A stretch of DNA of 64,000 bases from a virus. Taxonomy: Duplodnaviria; Caudoviricetes. The notes beneath the pieces are model-generated. The model was not told the DNA's origin. It was given only the letters and a program-made list of their open reading frames with translations, and searched no databases. This document shows positions 31,761-42,430 of this stretch, piece after piece. The number at the start of each line of letters is the position of its first letter. Within the stretch, counting starts at the first letter, position 1. The stretch is from the IMG/VR virus record IMGVR_UViG_3300030708_003106, positions 1 through 64,000 of that record. The stretch is one strand, 5' to 3'. A program made the position numbers and the translations under genes.

Positions 31761-34700
31761 ATGGCAAAGAAATTAATCTATAATTATGCATTTGACGCTT
31801 CTGCACAGACAATCACCTTAACTGGTTTATATACTCTCAGAACGTTAATTCTGATTACCAATGTCACTGATGGTGCCATTATCTATAATTTTGCCGATGC
31901 CAATACTGGAGGCACTACATCATATGATGCTGATAATAATGAAACTACAATTACATTAGAATACAACACTACCTCAATGAGTGATAGTGATGAAATTCAA
32001 ATTTTAGTTGATGAACAAGAAAATAAAATTGATCCTGGAGAATCTATATTAGACCCAGTTCACAAAATGAGGGTTTCAAATCCTCAAAACTTGATTGATA
32101 CAGATTTTGAATATGGTCTACAACCAACTAAATGGGAAACAATTGAATTAGTAGATAATATTCCTTCTGTATATACTAGAGATTCTGGTGTATCTATTGG
32201 ACAAATTAATAGAGTTACAACCATTGCAAATTCTAATTATATAACAGTATTTACTGGAGTTGCTCATGATTTGGCAGTTGGTGATCCAATTGAGGTACAA
32301 GGCACAACTTCAAGAACTGCAAATGGTAAATATGTTGTAACAACAGTTGCATCAGATACTTCATTTATATACAAGGCACGATCTGTTCAATCATCTTCCT
32401 CTGATATTAGAACAGCGTATACAACAGTTATTCCTGGTTCTTTCTTTACAGGTTCGGATATTGTTTTTAACTTATATGATGGGATAAAAACTGATGGTGG
32501 AAGTCCATCTACTCTAACTATATCTGCAGACTATAAACATGGTCTCATTAATGGAACTAGTGTTTATCTTAGCAATACTGTAGGTAAGAAAGAGTTTACA
32601 CTTAATAATACATCTTCAAATGCTGCTGATGGATCTCCCACGATTGATCCAACAGATGAAAGTTTATACATAGACAATCATAATTTATATACGGGACAAA
32701 AAGTATTTGTAACTGCACAAACAGGAGGCATATTACCTACCGCAGCTACAGGTGCTCCACCACCAGCTGGCGAAGAAGCATTGAATAATGTTTGGACTCA
32801 TGCAAGTAATGCTATTCAAACTATTAAAGATCAGATCAACGCTGATGGCAATGATGCTTATCTTGCTATGGAAAATAATGTTTCAACTTCATTATACTAT
32901 GCTCGGGGTAATTATACAACAGTAACTGCTAATGGATTAGCAAACAAATATCAGCGAATGATCTATGGGCATTATGGCAACTTTAGATCACCTAATTATC
33001 TTAGTATATCTAACCAGAATAGCACTCAAGTTATAGCAAATTATAATTTCACTCAACATCAATTTACTCCTTCGCAACTTTATACAGGTCAAGTTGTTGA
33101 TTATGGGGCGTTGGGTGCAAAAACGGGAGGATCTGATCCAATTAGTGGATCTTTTGATGGAGTATTTCTTGCCAAGTTTAGTGCATTTGAATACTTAGGA
33201 AGTTTACCTTATGCTTTAACAATATACCAAATTCCAGAACCTAATTTATGGGCTAATGGAGCTAGAATAATTTGGAGAGAAACTGATTATTATAGTATGT
33301 ATGGAGGAACTTCCAATTATCGCTCACTTGATACGCGTGAACAACAATCAACAAAACAAATTTTATCAAATGGATGGCAATACTCATATTACTGTGCGGA
33401 ATACAATGCAAGATATGGATTACCTGGTTATATTGGAATGACCATCCACTTAGAAAATACTAATTGGTCAGGATATTTTTCAAATAATGTGAATTGGAGA
33501 TGGAACTATCAAAATAGTATGGTCCCTCTGACAGCACAGTTATATAACCAACATGGTGGATCATACCTTATAAAAACTTTAATTCCTTATCATGATGGAA
33601 GTACTTCTTATAGCACTAGTTACTTTGCAGCTAGTAATGCTTCGTATTTAACATACGCCCAAATAGCAAATAATATTGCATCTGAAATTGCTAACAATAT
33701 TGCTTTTGGTCAATGGCAAAATACCGGCACTGGAAATCAAAATACAGCCTTTGTTACAAATAAAGGTACTAATAGAATTACATTAAGTGATGCTAATAAT
33801 AATGCCTTTAATTTTTCGACTAATGGACAAGGACCCATTTTAGTAGAGACAGAACAAGTTGCTGGAGTTCATGATGATTATTATGCATTAACGGGAGCTG
33901 CAGCAACCTCATTTACTCTACAGGGGTCTGGAACAATACCAGCTAGAGAACTTGAATTTACCAATAGTGATGTAATTGAAGATGGTGGCGAATATTACAT
34001 AAAAATTAGTGGTCATGGTTTAGGTGATGGATCTATCGTTACATATAGTGTAGTCACTGGATCTGCTCCTGGAGGTCTTACTGGAGGAAATCAATATTAT
34101 GCAATTGTTATTGATTCAGATTATATACAATTAGCAGCAACTCAAAGTGAATGGTCAGGAAACATAAATGCTATAACTGGAACTCAGGGAGTATCTTCAA
34201 CATATAAATTATTTGTATTCTCTGTCAGCGGAAGAGTTGCATCTACAGGAACTATTGCAATAGCATCAAGTGATAGTAAAGTTGTAGAGGGAACTTCTAC
34301 TAAATTCTCATCGACTTATAAAATTGGAGATAGGTTTAATATAGTTTCCTTTGGTTCAACTGTAAACCAATTTGTCAGTAGAGAGATTACATCAATTGTT
34401 AGTGATACGTCTTTGGCTTTAGATGGTGGGGTTGGATTTGTTACAACTGGAGCATCTCATTATGTTGACACTAAAGTCAATGTTAGAGCAGATGGAACAT
34501 TCCTTCATAGACCATTTGATGGTGGAGTTGACATTACTGCTGGAAGTTCGCCAGATTCTCAAATTGTTAGACAAACTAGAAAATACTTTAGATATCAGTC
34601 AGGTAAAGGTATTCAATGCTCGATGGCAATTAACTTTAATCCATCAAGGCAAGTTCTTTCTATAACAGGAAGCGGAACAAATGCAACCGTAACAACAGAA

Positions 34701-36719
34701 TATCCTCATGGATTAACCACTGGAGATACTGTTAGTATTACTGGAACAGAAGAGCATATATCACTTACGCCTACTAATGCTGCATATGATTCAGCAACTG
34801 GACTTTTAACCATTACCGTCAATGGTCATGGAATTTTAAAAGGTGAATTTATAACTCTTGAAGAAGATTCAATTACATTTACATGCGCTAAAGATGGACA
34901 TGCAACAAACCATCCATATCCACGTTCTACTGATCCAGCTGGTGGTAGAGAGCGTCTTAAAGTCTTATCAGTGACAACAAATACATTTGTTGTTGATGTT
35001 GGCACCTCAACATATGTTGGAGCACATACTTTTGTTAGTGCTGATGCAAATGCAGTCACTCATATTGACACCAGTAATGCATATAATGGAACCTTTGAAG
35101 TCACATCTGCTACAGATTTCACATTTGGTTATACTACTGACGGAAGTGTGGTCCAAAATAATCCAAAAGGATTTGTTGATTATGTTATTTCTGGATATAA
35201 GAATGCAGGTATTCGTGCTGGATTATTTGATTTCCAAAATGGATTCTTCTTTGAATATGACGGAAAATATCTGTATTGCGTAAGAAGATCTTCAGTTCAA
35301 CAAATTCCAGGCACAGTTCAAGTTATCAATAGGAGTAATATTATTAATGGCACTGATACCAAATTTACTGATAATTTAATAGCTGGAGATCGAATTGTAA
35401 TACGTGGTCAAACTTATAAAATTACTAGTGTAGAATCAGATACTTCTATACACGTACAACCAGCATATAGGGGAACATCAAATAGAGGAGTTGTTGTTAC
35501 AAAAACAATAGATACGAGAGTTCCACAGCATAGGTGGAACATCGATAAATCTGATGGCAGTGGTCCTTCTGGATATATTTTAGATATTAATAAGATTCAG
35601 ATGGCATACATGGATTATTCTTGGTATGGTGCTGGAAAGATTCGTTTTGGATTTAAAGATACTTATGGTCATGTTAAGTATGTTCATGAGTTTATTCATA
35701 ATAACAAACTTAATGAGGCGTATATGAGATCTGGAAACGTTCCAGCTAGGTATGAAGTATACAATGAAGATGCTTCCCCTACATATGTGCCATCATTGTT
35801 CCACTGGGGTACATCTGTAATTATGGATGGTGGTTTTGATGATGACGATAGTTACTTGTTTACGGCATCAGGTAATACACTCACATTTACTAATGGTGAC
35901 GCATCTACTGCCGTAACTTCTGGAGGATCAACTCTGGTTTCAAGTGGATGGGGTAGATATAGAACTTACTATGTCAAAATACCATTTGCAACTAGTGATA
36001 GTTCAAAGTTCCAAACAGGTATTCCACTGTTTACTGCCGATAGTGTATTGAATGGACAACCAGTTGATTTTACATCATATAGTAGCACCAGTTTCGATGT
36101 CCATATCCTTATTTCTAGTGGATATAGTGCTCCAGTAGCATATCCGTCAATTTCTGGAGGAACAACTGTGAGCATTGGTGCTCAAGTGGTCGGCACTACC
36201 GGAATTGATCTTAATTCTAATATTCCATTGATTAGTGTTAGACTTGCTCCATCAGCTGATAATAATATCATTGGCGATCTTGGCGAAAGAGATATTGTCA
36301 ATCGAATGCAATTAAAAATGAGAGAACTTGGTATTTCTGTTTCTCATGATGCTAACATTAGTGTCATTTTGAACGGTTCTTTAAGTAATCTCACTTATGC
36401 AAATGTTGGATCGCCATCACTTTCTCAGTATGTTGCACATGAAGCGGGCGATACAGTAGATGGAGGAACAGTCGTCTATCAGTTTAGAGCATCTGGTGGT
36501 TCTGAAGACGCCGAAGGAAAACGATTTGTTTCTTCGACGCAATTTGATTTATCTGGATTAGTTGATTTGGGTAATTCTATTCTTGGTGGAGATGGAGTAT
36601 TCCCCAATGGTCCTGATATTATTACAATCGCAGCATCGGTTATTAACACCGCTGAAATTGACTCTACTTCTTCATTCCAGGTTGCATCTAGAATTTCTTG
36701 GGCAGAATCTCAGGCATAA
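31761..36719 (+). CDS. Large virion structural protein
   Basis: DTDFEYGLQPTKWE, RQTRKYFRYQSGKG and DYSWYGAGKIRFG motifs recalled from cyanomyovirus structural proteins. Confidence 0.75.
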   Translation: MAKKLIYNYAFDASAQTITLTGLYTLRTLILITNVTDGAIIYNFADANTGGTTSYDADNNETTITLEYNTTSMSDSDEIQILVDEQENKIDPGESILDPVHKMRVSNPQNLIDTDFEYGLQPTKWETIELVDNIPSVYTRDSGVSIGQINRVTTIANSNYITVFTGVAHDLAVGDPIEVQGTTSRTANGKYVVTTVASDTSFIYKARSVQSSSSDIRTAYTTVIPGSFFTGSDIVFNLYDGIKTDGGSPSTLTISADYKHGLINGTSVYLSNTVGKKEFTLNNTSSNAADGSPTIDPTDESLYIDNHNLYTGQKVFVTAQTGGILPTAATGAPPPAGEEALNNVWTHASNAIQTIKDQINADGNDAYLAMENNVSTSLYYARGNYTTVTANGLANKYQRMIYGHYGNFRSPNYLSISNQNSTQVIANYNFTQHQFTPSQLYTGQVVDYGALGAKTGGSDPISGSFDGVFLAKFSAFEYLGSLPYALTIYQIPEPNLWANGARIIWRETDYYSMYGGTSNYRSLDTREQQSTKQILSNGWQYSYYCAEYNARYGLPGYIGMTIHLENTNWSGYFSNNVNWRWNYQNSMVPLTAQLYNQHGGSYLIKTLIPYHDGSTSYSTSYFAASNASYLTYAQIANNIASEIANNIAFGQWQNTGTGNQNTAFVTNKGTNRITLSDANNNAFNFSTNGQGPILVETEQVAGVHDDYYALTGAAATSFTLQGSGTIPARELEFTNSDVIEDGGEYYIKISGHGLGDGSIVTYSVVTGSAPGGLTGGNQYYAIVIDSDYIQLAATQSEWSGNINAITGTQGVSSTYKLFVFSVSGRVASTGTIAIASSDSKVVEGTSTKFSSTYKIGDRFNIVSFGSTVNQFVSREITSIVSDTSLALDGGVGFVTTGASHYVDTKVNVRADGTFLHRPFDGGVDITAGSSPDSQIVRQTRKYFRYQSGKGIQCSMAINFNPSRQVLSITGSGTNATVTTEYPHGLTTGDTVSITGTEEHISLTPTNAAYDSATGLLTITVNGHGILKGEFITLEEDSITFTCAKDGHATNHPYPRSTDPAGGRERLKVLSVTTNTFVVDVGTSTYVGAHTFVSADANAVTHIDTSNAYNGTFEVTSATDFTFGYTTDGSVVQNNPKGFVDYVISGYKNAGIRAGLFDFQNGFFFEYDGKYLYCVRRSSVQQIPGTVQVINRSNIINGTDTKFTDNLIAGDRIVIRGQTYKITSVESDTSIHVQPAYRGTSNRGVVVTKTIDTRVPQHRWNIDKSDGSGPSGYILDINKIQMAYMDYSWYGAGKIRFGFKDTYGHVKYVHEFIHNNKLNEAYMRSGNVPARYEVYNEDASPTYVPSLFHWGTSVIMDGGFDDDDSYLFTASGNTLTFTNGDASTAVTSGGSTLVSSGWGRYRTYYVKIPFATSDSSKFQTGIPLFTADSVLNGQPVDFTSYSSTSFDVHILISSGYSAPVAYPSISGGTTVSIGAQVVGTTGIDLNSNIPLISVRLAPSADNNIIGDLGERDIVNRMQLKMRELGISVSHDANISVILNGSLSNLTYANVGSPSLSQYVAHEAGDTVDGGTVVYQFRASGGSEDAEGKRFVSSTQFDLSGLVDLGNSILGGDGVFPNGPDIITIAASVINTAEIDSTSSFQVASRISWAESQA

Positions 36720-36722
36720 ATA
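36715..36722 (+). promoter_or_regulatory. Late promoter CATAAATA
   Basis: NATAAATA overlapping the stop codon, upstream of the enzyme cluster. Confidence 0.55.
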
Positions 36723-36742
36723 CAGTATAATGATTTGTTTGA

Positions 36743-37747
36743 TTGATTTTTTTAATGGAGAATTTTGTAAAACACTGTATTGATAATGGTGGGATCATTA
36801 AACCTCTTATTATTCCAGCAGAAATCACAAACGGAACGGGTTTATTTAATCCAAGTATTTTAAATGACAATGGCACACTACTAGTTAATGTGCGCCATTG
36901 TCAATATACTTTATATCATTCAGAACTCAATAATTACGAACATCCTTGGGGTCCTCTGCTCTATCTAAACCCCGATGATGATAGAACTTTAAGAACTACA
37001 AATTATATTGGCATCTTAGATGACAATATGGTTTTAGATAATATACGAAGAGTTGATACTACCTCTCTTGACAAAGAACCTTTGTGGGAATTTGTTGGTC
37101 TTGAAGATGGTAGATTAGTAAAATGGGATGGAAAATATTACTTAACAGGTGTCAGAAGAGATGTTGATCATATTGGCACTGGAAGGATGGAATTATCAGA
37201 AATTGATATTCAAAGAGATAAAGTAACTGAAGTAAAAAGATCTAGAATTCCAGCCCCTCCACCAGACAGAAGTTATTGCGAAAAAAACTGGATGCCAATT
37301 TTGGATAGACCTTTCCAGTATATAAAATGGAGCAATCCCGTTGAAGTTGTAGAAGCTAATATAAAAGAAGAAAACAATATACAATGTAAAACTTTATACC
37401 ATGGAACTTTTGACAATTCACCAAAAATCAAAGATATTAGAGGTGCTTCACAAGTAATTCCTTATAAAGATGGATATCTAGCAGTTCAACATTTAACTGT
37501 TTTGTATAGAAGTAAGACTGATAGGAAAAATGGAACATATCGCCATCAATTAACTTATTGGGACAAAGACTGGAATGTAATTAAAAGATCTCCTATCTTT
37601 TCTTTCATGGGAGCAAAAATTGAATTTTGTTGTGGAATGTGTGAACATAAAGGATACTATTATATTACTTTTGGATATCAAGACAACGCTGCTTATGTTG
37701 TTAAAGTTCCAGAAAAAGTATTGGGAGATTTTATAAATGGAAAATAA
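36743..37747 (+). CDS. Five-bladed beta-propeller glycosidase/phosphorylase-like protein (GH130/GH43-like)
   Basis: FNPSI, GLEDGRL, EKNWMP, IEFCCG and FGYQD motifs. Start may be the ATG at 36755. Confidence 0.65.
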   Translation: MIFLMENFVKHCIDNGGIIKPLIIPAEITNGTGLFNPSILNDNGTLLVNVRHCQYTLYHSELNNYEHPWGPLLYLNPDDDRTLRTTNYIGILDDNMVLDNIRRVDTTSLDKEPLWEFVGLEDGRLVKWDGKYYLTGVRRDVDHIGTGRMELSEIDIQRDKVTEVKRSRIPAPPPDRSYCEKNWMPILDRPFQYIKWSNPVEVVEANIKEENNIQCKTLYHGTFDNSPKIKDIRGASQVIPYKDGYLAVQHLTVLYRSKTDRKNGTYRHQLTYWDKDWNVIKRSPIFSFMGAKIEFCCGMCEHKGYYYITFGYQDNAAYVVKVPEKVLGDFINGK

Positions 37748-39686
37748 ATTTTTACATGAATATCTTGCTGATCCAGAAAATCCAATCACTAATTACAATC
37801 TTGCGGTAAGATATTATAAAATAGATCAAACAGCAGCTGCTGTGACATATTTTCTTAGATGTGCAGATAGAACCAGTGATCTAGATTTAGCATATGAATG
37901 TTTAATTCATATGGGAGATTGCTTTGCTGCTCAAGGTGAGAGAGAAACTCATACAAAATTCATGTATGAACTTGCATTGTCAACTAAATCAGATAGACCA
38001 GAAGCATATCAAAGAATATGTGACATGGATATAAGTGCAAAAAACTTTTCATCTGCACATAACTATTGTAAATTTGCATTAAAAATTTGCAACTTTGATT
38101 CTCCAAATTTTAAATTTTATAAAACACCTCATAGAAGTCTAAAAACATACTTTGAGATTGAAGAAGCGCATAGTGCCTGGTGGACAGGAAAGCATCAAAA
38201 GGCAGCAAAATTATTCAATACATTAAACCAAAAAGATTATTTGACGGAGGAAGAAAAAATGTTAGTAGAAACAAATATAAAAGAAATTCAAAAAACTACT
38301 GCTTGGCATGATCCATTACCATATACAAAAGATCAGTGGGAAAAAATTAGATATAAATTTGCAGGATCACACCTTCTAGAAAAAAATTATGCACAGGTAT
38401 ATCAGGATTTATTCGTCCTTTGTATGCTTGATGGAAAAAGAAACGGTTGCTTTTTAGAAGTTGGTGGGGCAAGACCTTTCTTTGGAAATAACACTGCATT
38501 ACTAGAACTCGAATATGATTGGACAGGAGTATCTTTAGAACTAGAATCAAATTTTGCAGAGGAATATAGAGCACAAAGACATAAAACAACAATGTTTTGT
38601 GTAGATGCTACGCAAACTGATTATAGTCAACTTCTTGGTACAATGTTTGCAGACAAAACTATTGATTATTTGCAATTGGATATTGATCCTCCAGATGCAA
38701 CTTATGATGTTTTGATGAAAATACCATTTGATGAGTATAAATTTAGAGTTATTACATATGAGCACGACTATTATGCAGATCCAACAAAATCATATAGAGA
38801 TAAGTCTAGAGAGTACTTAAGATCAAAGGGATATGTTTTAGTTGCAGACAATATTTCCCCTGATGAAAATTGTCCTTTTGAAGATTGGTGGGTTCATCCA
38901 GATTTGGTGGATAAAAATATATTAGCATCTATGACTCTAGTAGATGGAGAAACAAAATATGCAGAAGATTATATGTTCCCAGGGGATCCATTATTTTCTC
39001 ATTTAATGAATATGCAGCAAGCATCAAATGGGGAAGAAACTTTTGCTGAAATTATTGATGTGACCCCAGCAAAAACGGAGTTTGGATTCAATAAATCACA
39101 ACAAAAAACTATGTGGATTATTGATAATTTCTATGATGACCCAGACTCTGTTAGAGACTTTGCACTTAAGCAAAAATATTTTGAAGGTGGATGGGGTAGA
39201 GGATTTATCGGAAGAAGAAGTGCAGAGCAATTTCTATTTCCTGGATTGAAGGAAAAATTCGAACAAATTATGGGAGAAGAAATAACTGTATGGGAAGAAC
39301 ATGATATGAACGGAAGATTTCAAAATGCAGTTGGTGGGGAACCACTTGCATATCATTGCGATTCTCAAAAATGGGGTGGAATGTTATATCTAACTCCAGA
39401 CGCTCCATATCAATGTGGAACTACATTATATGCACATAAAAAAACTAGAGCTAGAAATTTCTTCCAACAAGGTTGGGGAGATGCATGGTCGGCAGATCCG
39501 GATGAAATATATTCTGGAGGAGTTCATTGCGACGGAACTCATTTTGAAAAAGTAGATGTTTGCGGAAATGTTTACAATCGTCTTTTCATTTTTGATGCCA
39601 GCAATATCCATTCTGCTTCAGAATACTTTGGATCAAATATGAATAATGGAAGATTGTGGCAAATGTTCTTTTTTGACACTAAATAA
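37737..39686 (+). CDS. Fusion of TPR, FkbM-like SAM methyltransferase and 2OG-Fe(II) oxygenase domains
   Basis: TPR-like helices (RPEAY); FLEVGGA...IDYLQLDID...ITYEHD; IIDNFY...HCD...YNR...H...R facial triad. Confidence 0.75.
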   Translation: MENKFLHEYLADPENPITNYNLAVRYYKIDQTAAAVTYFLRCADRTSDLDLAYECLIHMGDCFAAQGERETHTKFMYELALSTKSDRPEAYQRICDMDISAKNFSSAHNYCKFALKICNFDSPNFKFYKTPHRSLKTYFEIEEAHSAWWTGKHQKAAKLFNTLNQKDYLTEEEKMLVETNIKEIQKTTAWHDPLPYTKDQWEKIRYKFAGSHLLEKNYAQVYQDLFVLCMLDGKRNGCFLEVGGARPFFGNNTALLELEYDWTGVSLELESNFAEEYRAQRHKTTMFCVDATQTDYSQLLGTMFADKTIDYLQLDIDPPDATYDVLMKIPFDEYKFRVITYEHDYYADPTKSYRDKSREYLRSKGYVLVADNISPDENCPFEDWWVHPDLVDKNILASMTLVDGETKYAEDYMFPGDPLFSHLMNMQQASNGEETFAEIIDVTPAKTEFGFNKSQQKTMWIIDNFYDDPDSVRDFALKQKYFEGGWGRGFIGRRSAEQFLFPGLKEKFEQIMGEEITVWEEHDMNGRFQNAVGGEPLAYHCDSQKWGGMLYLTPDAPYQCGTTLYAHKKTRARNFFQQGWGDAWSADPDEIYSGGVHCDGTHFEKVDVCGNVYNRLFIFDASNIHSASEYFGSNMNNGRLWQMFFFDTK

Positions 39687-39706
39687 CCCCTAGACATGAG
39701 AGTATT

Positions 39707-40567
39707 ATGAATAAACCTTGGTCGGTTACAGATTGTCCAACTTTAGAATTTACAACTTCAATCGACGTTAAAACTGGATGCGTCGTTGATTGTGTTTATT
39801 GTCCACAGAGAACCTTACAGGGATCATATAAAGGTAAAAAATTTCTTGAATTAACTGAATTTAAGCAGGTAATTGACAAACTACCACAAGAAATAAGAGT
39901 TACTTTTGCTGGATTTACTGAACCTTTTTTAAATCCACGTTGTACTGATATGATTCTCTATGCATCCGAAAAAGGGCATGAGATTTCAGTATTTACAACT
40001 GGAATTGGTATGACAGTAAGAGATTGGAATAGAATAAAACATATTCCTTGGGCAGGACAACCAAATGGTGGATTTACTTTACATGTACCTGATGATGATT
40101 TAAGAGCAAAACATCCAATTACTGATAAGTACATCAATTTACTTGAAACAATTTACATGTCATGGAGAAGAGGAGAACTTCATCGTAATTTTAATGTTAT
40201 GAGTATGGGAAAACCTCATCATAGAGTAAAGCACCTTTGGGATAATCCAACTCAGTCTCAGATGTGGTCGAGGTCTGGAAATCTTTTTCATGAGGCAATT
40301 CTAAAACCAGAATTGATGAATAGAAAAGATGAATGGAAGTCGGTATATCACGGAGAGAATGATATGACATGCGGATGTGTAGAAGAACTATATCACAATG
40401 TCATGTTGCCCAATGGTGATGTTTCTTTATGTTGTATGGATTATGGACTAAAGCATATTCTTGGGAATTTATTCGAGCAAGAGTATGAAGATGTTGTACC
40501 AAAAATGAATACTTGTTTTGACCTATGCAGATTTTGTGAAAATGGAAAAGCACCGACTCAAGAATAA
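39707..40567 (+). CDS. Radical SAM protein with SPASM/Twitch-like C-terminus
   Basis: CVVDCVYC (CxxxCxxC); PNGDVSLCC...LGNL...CRFC. Confidence 0.85.
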   Translation: MNKPWSVTDCPTLEFTTSIDVKTGCVVDCVYCPQRTLQGSYKGKKFLELTEFKQVIDKLPQEIRVTFAGFTEPFLNPRCTDMILYASEKGHEISVFTTGIGMTVRDWNRIKHIPWAGQPNGGFTLHVPDDDLRAKHPITDKYINLLETIYMSWRRGELHRNFNVMSMGKPHHRVKHLWDNPTQSQMWSRSGNLFHEAILKPELMNRKDEWKSVYHGENDMTCGCVEELYHNVMLPNGDVSLCCMDYGLKHILGNLFEQEYEDVVPKMNTCFDLCRFCENGKAPTQE

Positions 40568-40570
40568 ATA
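40563..40570 (+). promoter_or_regulatory. Late promoter AATAAATA
   Basis: NATAAATA overlapping the stop codon. Confidence 0.55.
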
Positions 40571-40596
40571 TATTACACAACCCAAGATATTTTAAA

Positions 40597-41250
40597 ATGT
40601 CACCTATTAGATCAAAACCATTTGGAACTAAAAGTGCTGGACAACAAACTACAAAAGTTTTAGATGGGAAAATGAGAACTTTTTCTAGTTCGATTGATGT
40701 AGGAAATTTTGCACAAGTTCCTACAATTTCATCTGGAGCGGACCTTGTAGTTAGATATATGACATCTGCACTATGGCAAAGTTCTACCAACGTAAATAAC
40801 CCTTCATTTGGGATTGGAGCTAGTAATGCCATAACAGGGGAATCTAATAGTCAGAACATGCACAATAGTGATGCATATTACATTGTTGCAGTAAATAAGA
40901 TGTGCAGAATACATTATGATCTCACTATTTCTAGTGAAAATAATTATGACTGGGGATATTTTACATTATCTGCAAAATCTACAAATTATACTCCTAATAA
41001 CATAGGTCCTGCTACTGGATCACCAAAAAATATACAATTTAGTAGAATCTCTGGAAGTTCAATACGTACTGGATCTGTTGATATGGATAGTTGGAGAACA
41101 CTCAACAGTCATAGTGACGATTATGATTTAGGTTTTGATGGAGATGAAGGAGAGATGCTGGTTGTTGTAAGGTACAGGAAAGATGGTAGTGCTAATAGTG
41201 GAGATGATAAATTTACTATCAATTCTCTCTATTTTGAGGATCTTCCATAA
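40597..41250 (+). CDS. Hypothetical late protein, probably a beta-sandwich virion protein
   Basis: ORF track; SSENNYDW...YRKD motif. Confidence 0.6.
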   Translation: MSPIRSKPFGTKSAGQQTTKVLDGKMRTFSSSIDVGNFAQVPTISSGADLVVRYMTSALWQSSTNVNNPSFGIGASNAITGESNSQNMHNSDAYYIVAVNKMCRIHYDLTISSENNYDWGYFTLSAKSTNYTPNNIGPATGSPKNIQFSRISGSSIRTGSVDMDSWRTLNSHSDDYDLGFDGDEGEMLVVVRYRKDGSANSGDDKFTINSLYFEDLP

Positions 41251-41267
41251 GGATCTTTAAGATAAAT

Positions 41268-41298
41268 TTCTGAAGCCTCCAAAGTGTCCTAGTTATAT
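41268..41298 (+). repeat. 31-bp cassette element R1, with hairpin extending to 41310
   Basis: TTCTGAAGCCTCCAAAGTGTCCTAGTTATAT; AAAGTGTCC pairs with GGACACTTT. Confidence 0.9.
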
Positions 41299-41313
41299 CA
41301 GGGACACTTTTTG

Positions 41314-41412
41314 ATGTCAACTACTGAAAAATTAATTTTCATTGGATCATTTTTATGGATGATGCAATGGGGAACCCGTGTGACTTTGCTTGCGATCAAT
41401 GCTCTCTCTTGA
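41314..41412 (+). CDS. 32-aa hydrophobic peptide
   Basis: Manual translation MSTTEKLIFIGSFLWMMQWGTRVTLLAINALS, directly after R1. Confidence 0.55.
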   Translation: MSTTEKLIFIGSFLWMMQWGTRVTLLAINALS

Positions 41413-41866
41413 ATACTCAGGATACAACTATAGCAAAAATCGTTGCGAAAGTATAGTTCAGTGGTTTGTAGATAAGTATCTGCCACGACACAAACTAGAA
41501 ATTGTTGTACATCATCGCGGATTAGTTCGTGAAGGTGTATATGGTTGGTGTACTGTCCTTGATTGTGATTGGAGACCAAGAGCATTTGAAATCGAACTAC
41601 ACAATCAGATGAATATTGATGATTACACCAGCACCCTCTTACACGAACTCTGGCACGTTTATCAACATGTCAAGGGTAATCTGAAGGATAAGGGTGAAAA
41701 ACGCTTCTGGAAGGGCATAGACCACTCTGATACGGACTATTCTAATCAACCATGGGAACTTGAAGCAAGAGAAATGGAAAGGAAACTTTATTATTGCTAT
41801 TTGGGTCTTGGACCCGAATCTTTTGGTCATGGCACACCATTTCCCAATCGCTTGACAGCATCCTAA
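41399..41866 (+). CDS. HExxH zinc-metallopeptidase-like protein
   Basis: TLLHELWHVYQH...PWELEA. Confidence 0.75.
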   Translation: MLSLEYSGYNYSKNRCESIVQWFVDKYLPRHKLEIVVHHRGLVREGVYGWCTVLDCDWRPRAFEIELHNQMNIDDYTSTLLHELWHVYQHVKGNLKDKGEKRFWKGIDHSDTDYSNQPWELEAREMERKLYYCYLGLGPESFGHGTPFPNRLTAS

Positions 41867-41880
41867 AAACCCACTAGAAT
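41852..41880 (+). promoter_or_regulatory. sigma70-type promoter
   Basis: TTGACA-17-TAGAAT. Confidence 0.75.
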
Positions 41881-41904
41881 ACCTTTGTCGAGGTTAATCA
41901 AACT

Positions 41905-42108
41905 ATGACTTCTATTAAAACTGATTTTATTTGTGTAAAACCTAGGTCCTCTAAGGCAAAAAATAGGTTTGCAAATTTGATGAATAACCTCCACTCTTGT
42001 CGTATTGAGAAACGTAAAGATGGTAAATTATTCCTTGCTTCTATCAGTGGTAAATACTTTTTTTGGATGAATGAATCATCTGACGACCACTGGGAGGTTA
42101 TTAAATGA
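41905..42108 (+). CDS. Hypothetical protein
   Basis: ORF track; GAGG RBS. Confidence 0.7.
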   Translation: MTSIKTDFICVKPRSSKAKNRFANLMNNLHSCRIEKRKDGKLFLASISGKYFFWMNESSDDHWEVIK

Positions 42109-42302
42109 AAGATCAGAACAGCATCGAAGACACTGAAACTAAACAAGATAAATGGAATCGAGGTCTTGACATTTTTATTGAAAGTGTCTTAGAGCCAGAT
42201 TCTGATTTGAGAGCGTGTGCTCATAATCAAAGATGCTATCATGAATTGATGGATGTTCGTCAAGATGTTTTGGATTATCTCAAAACTAAAAGATGGAACT
42301 AA
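42105..42302 (+). CDS. Hypothetical protein
   Basis: ORF track; GGAGG RBS. Confidence 0.7.
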   Translation: MKDQNSIEDTETKQDKWNRGLDIFIESVLEPDSDLRACAHNQRCYHELMDVRQDVLDYLKTKRWN

Positions 42303-42430
42303 AGAATCCTACTATCCCTATATTAATGTTTTTGGGTGTAATTTTTTGCACCCTTTGTGTTATTGTAGCAGGATACTTCCATGGGAACATGCACCTTATC
42401 ACCACACTTAAAAATGCTGCCGCTTCTTAA
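42293..42430 (+). CDS. 45-aa membrane peptide
   Basis: Manual translation MELKNPTIPILMFLGVIFCTLCVIVAGYFHGNMH... Confidence 0.55.
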   Translation: MELKNPTIPILMFLGVIFCTLCVIVAGYFHGNMHLITTLKNAAAS

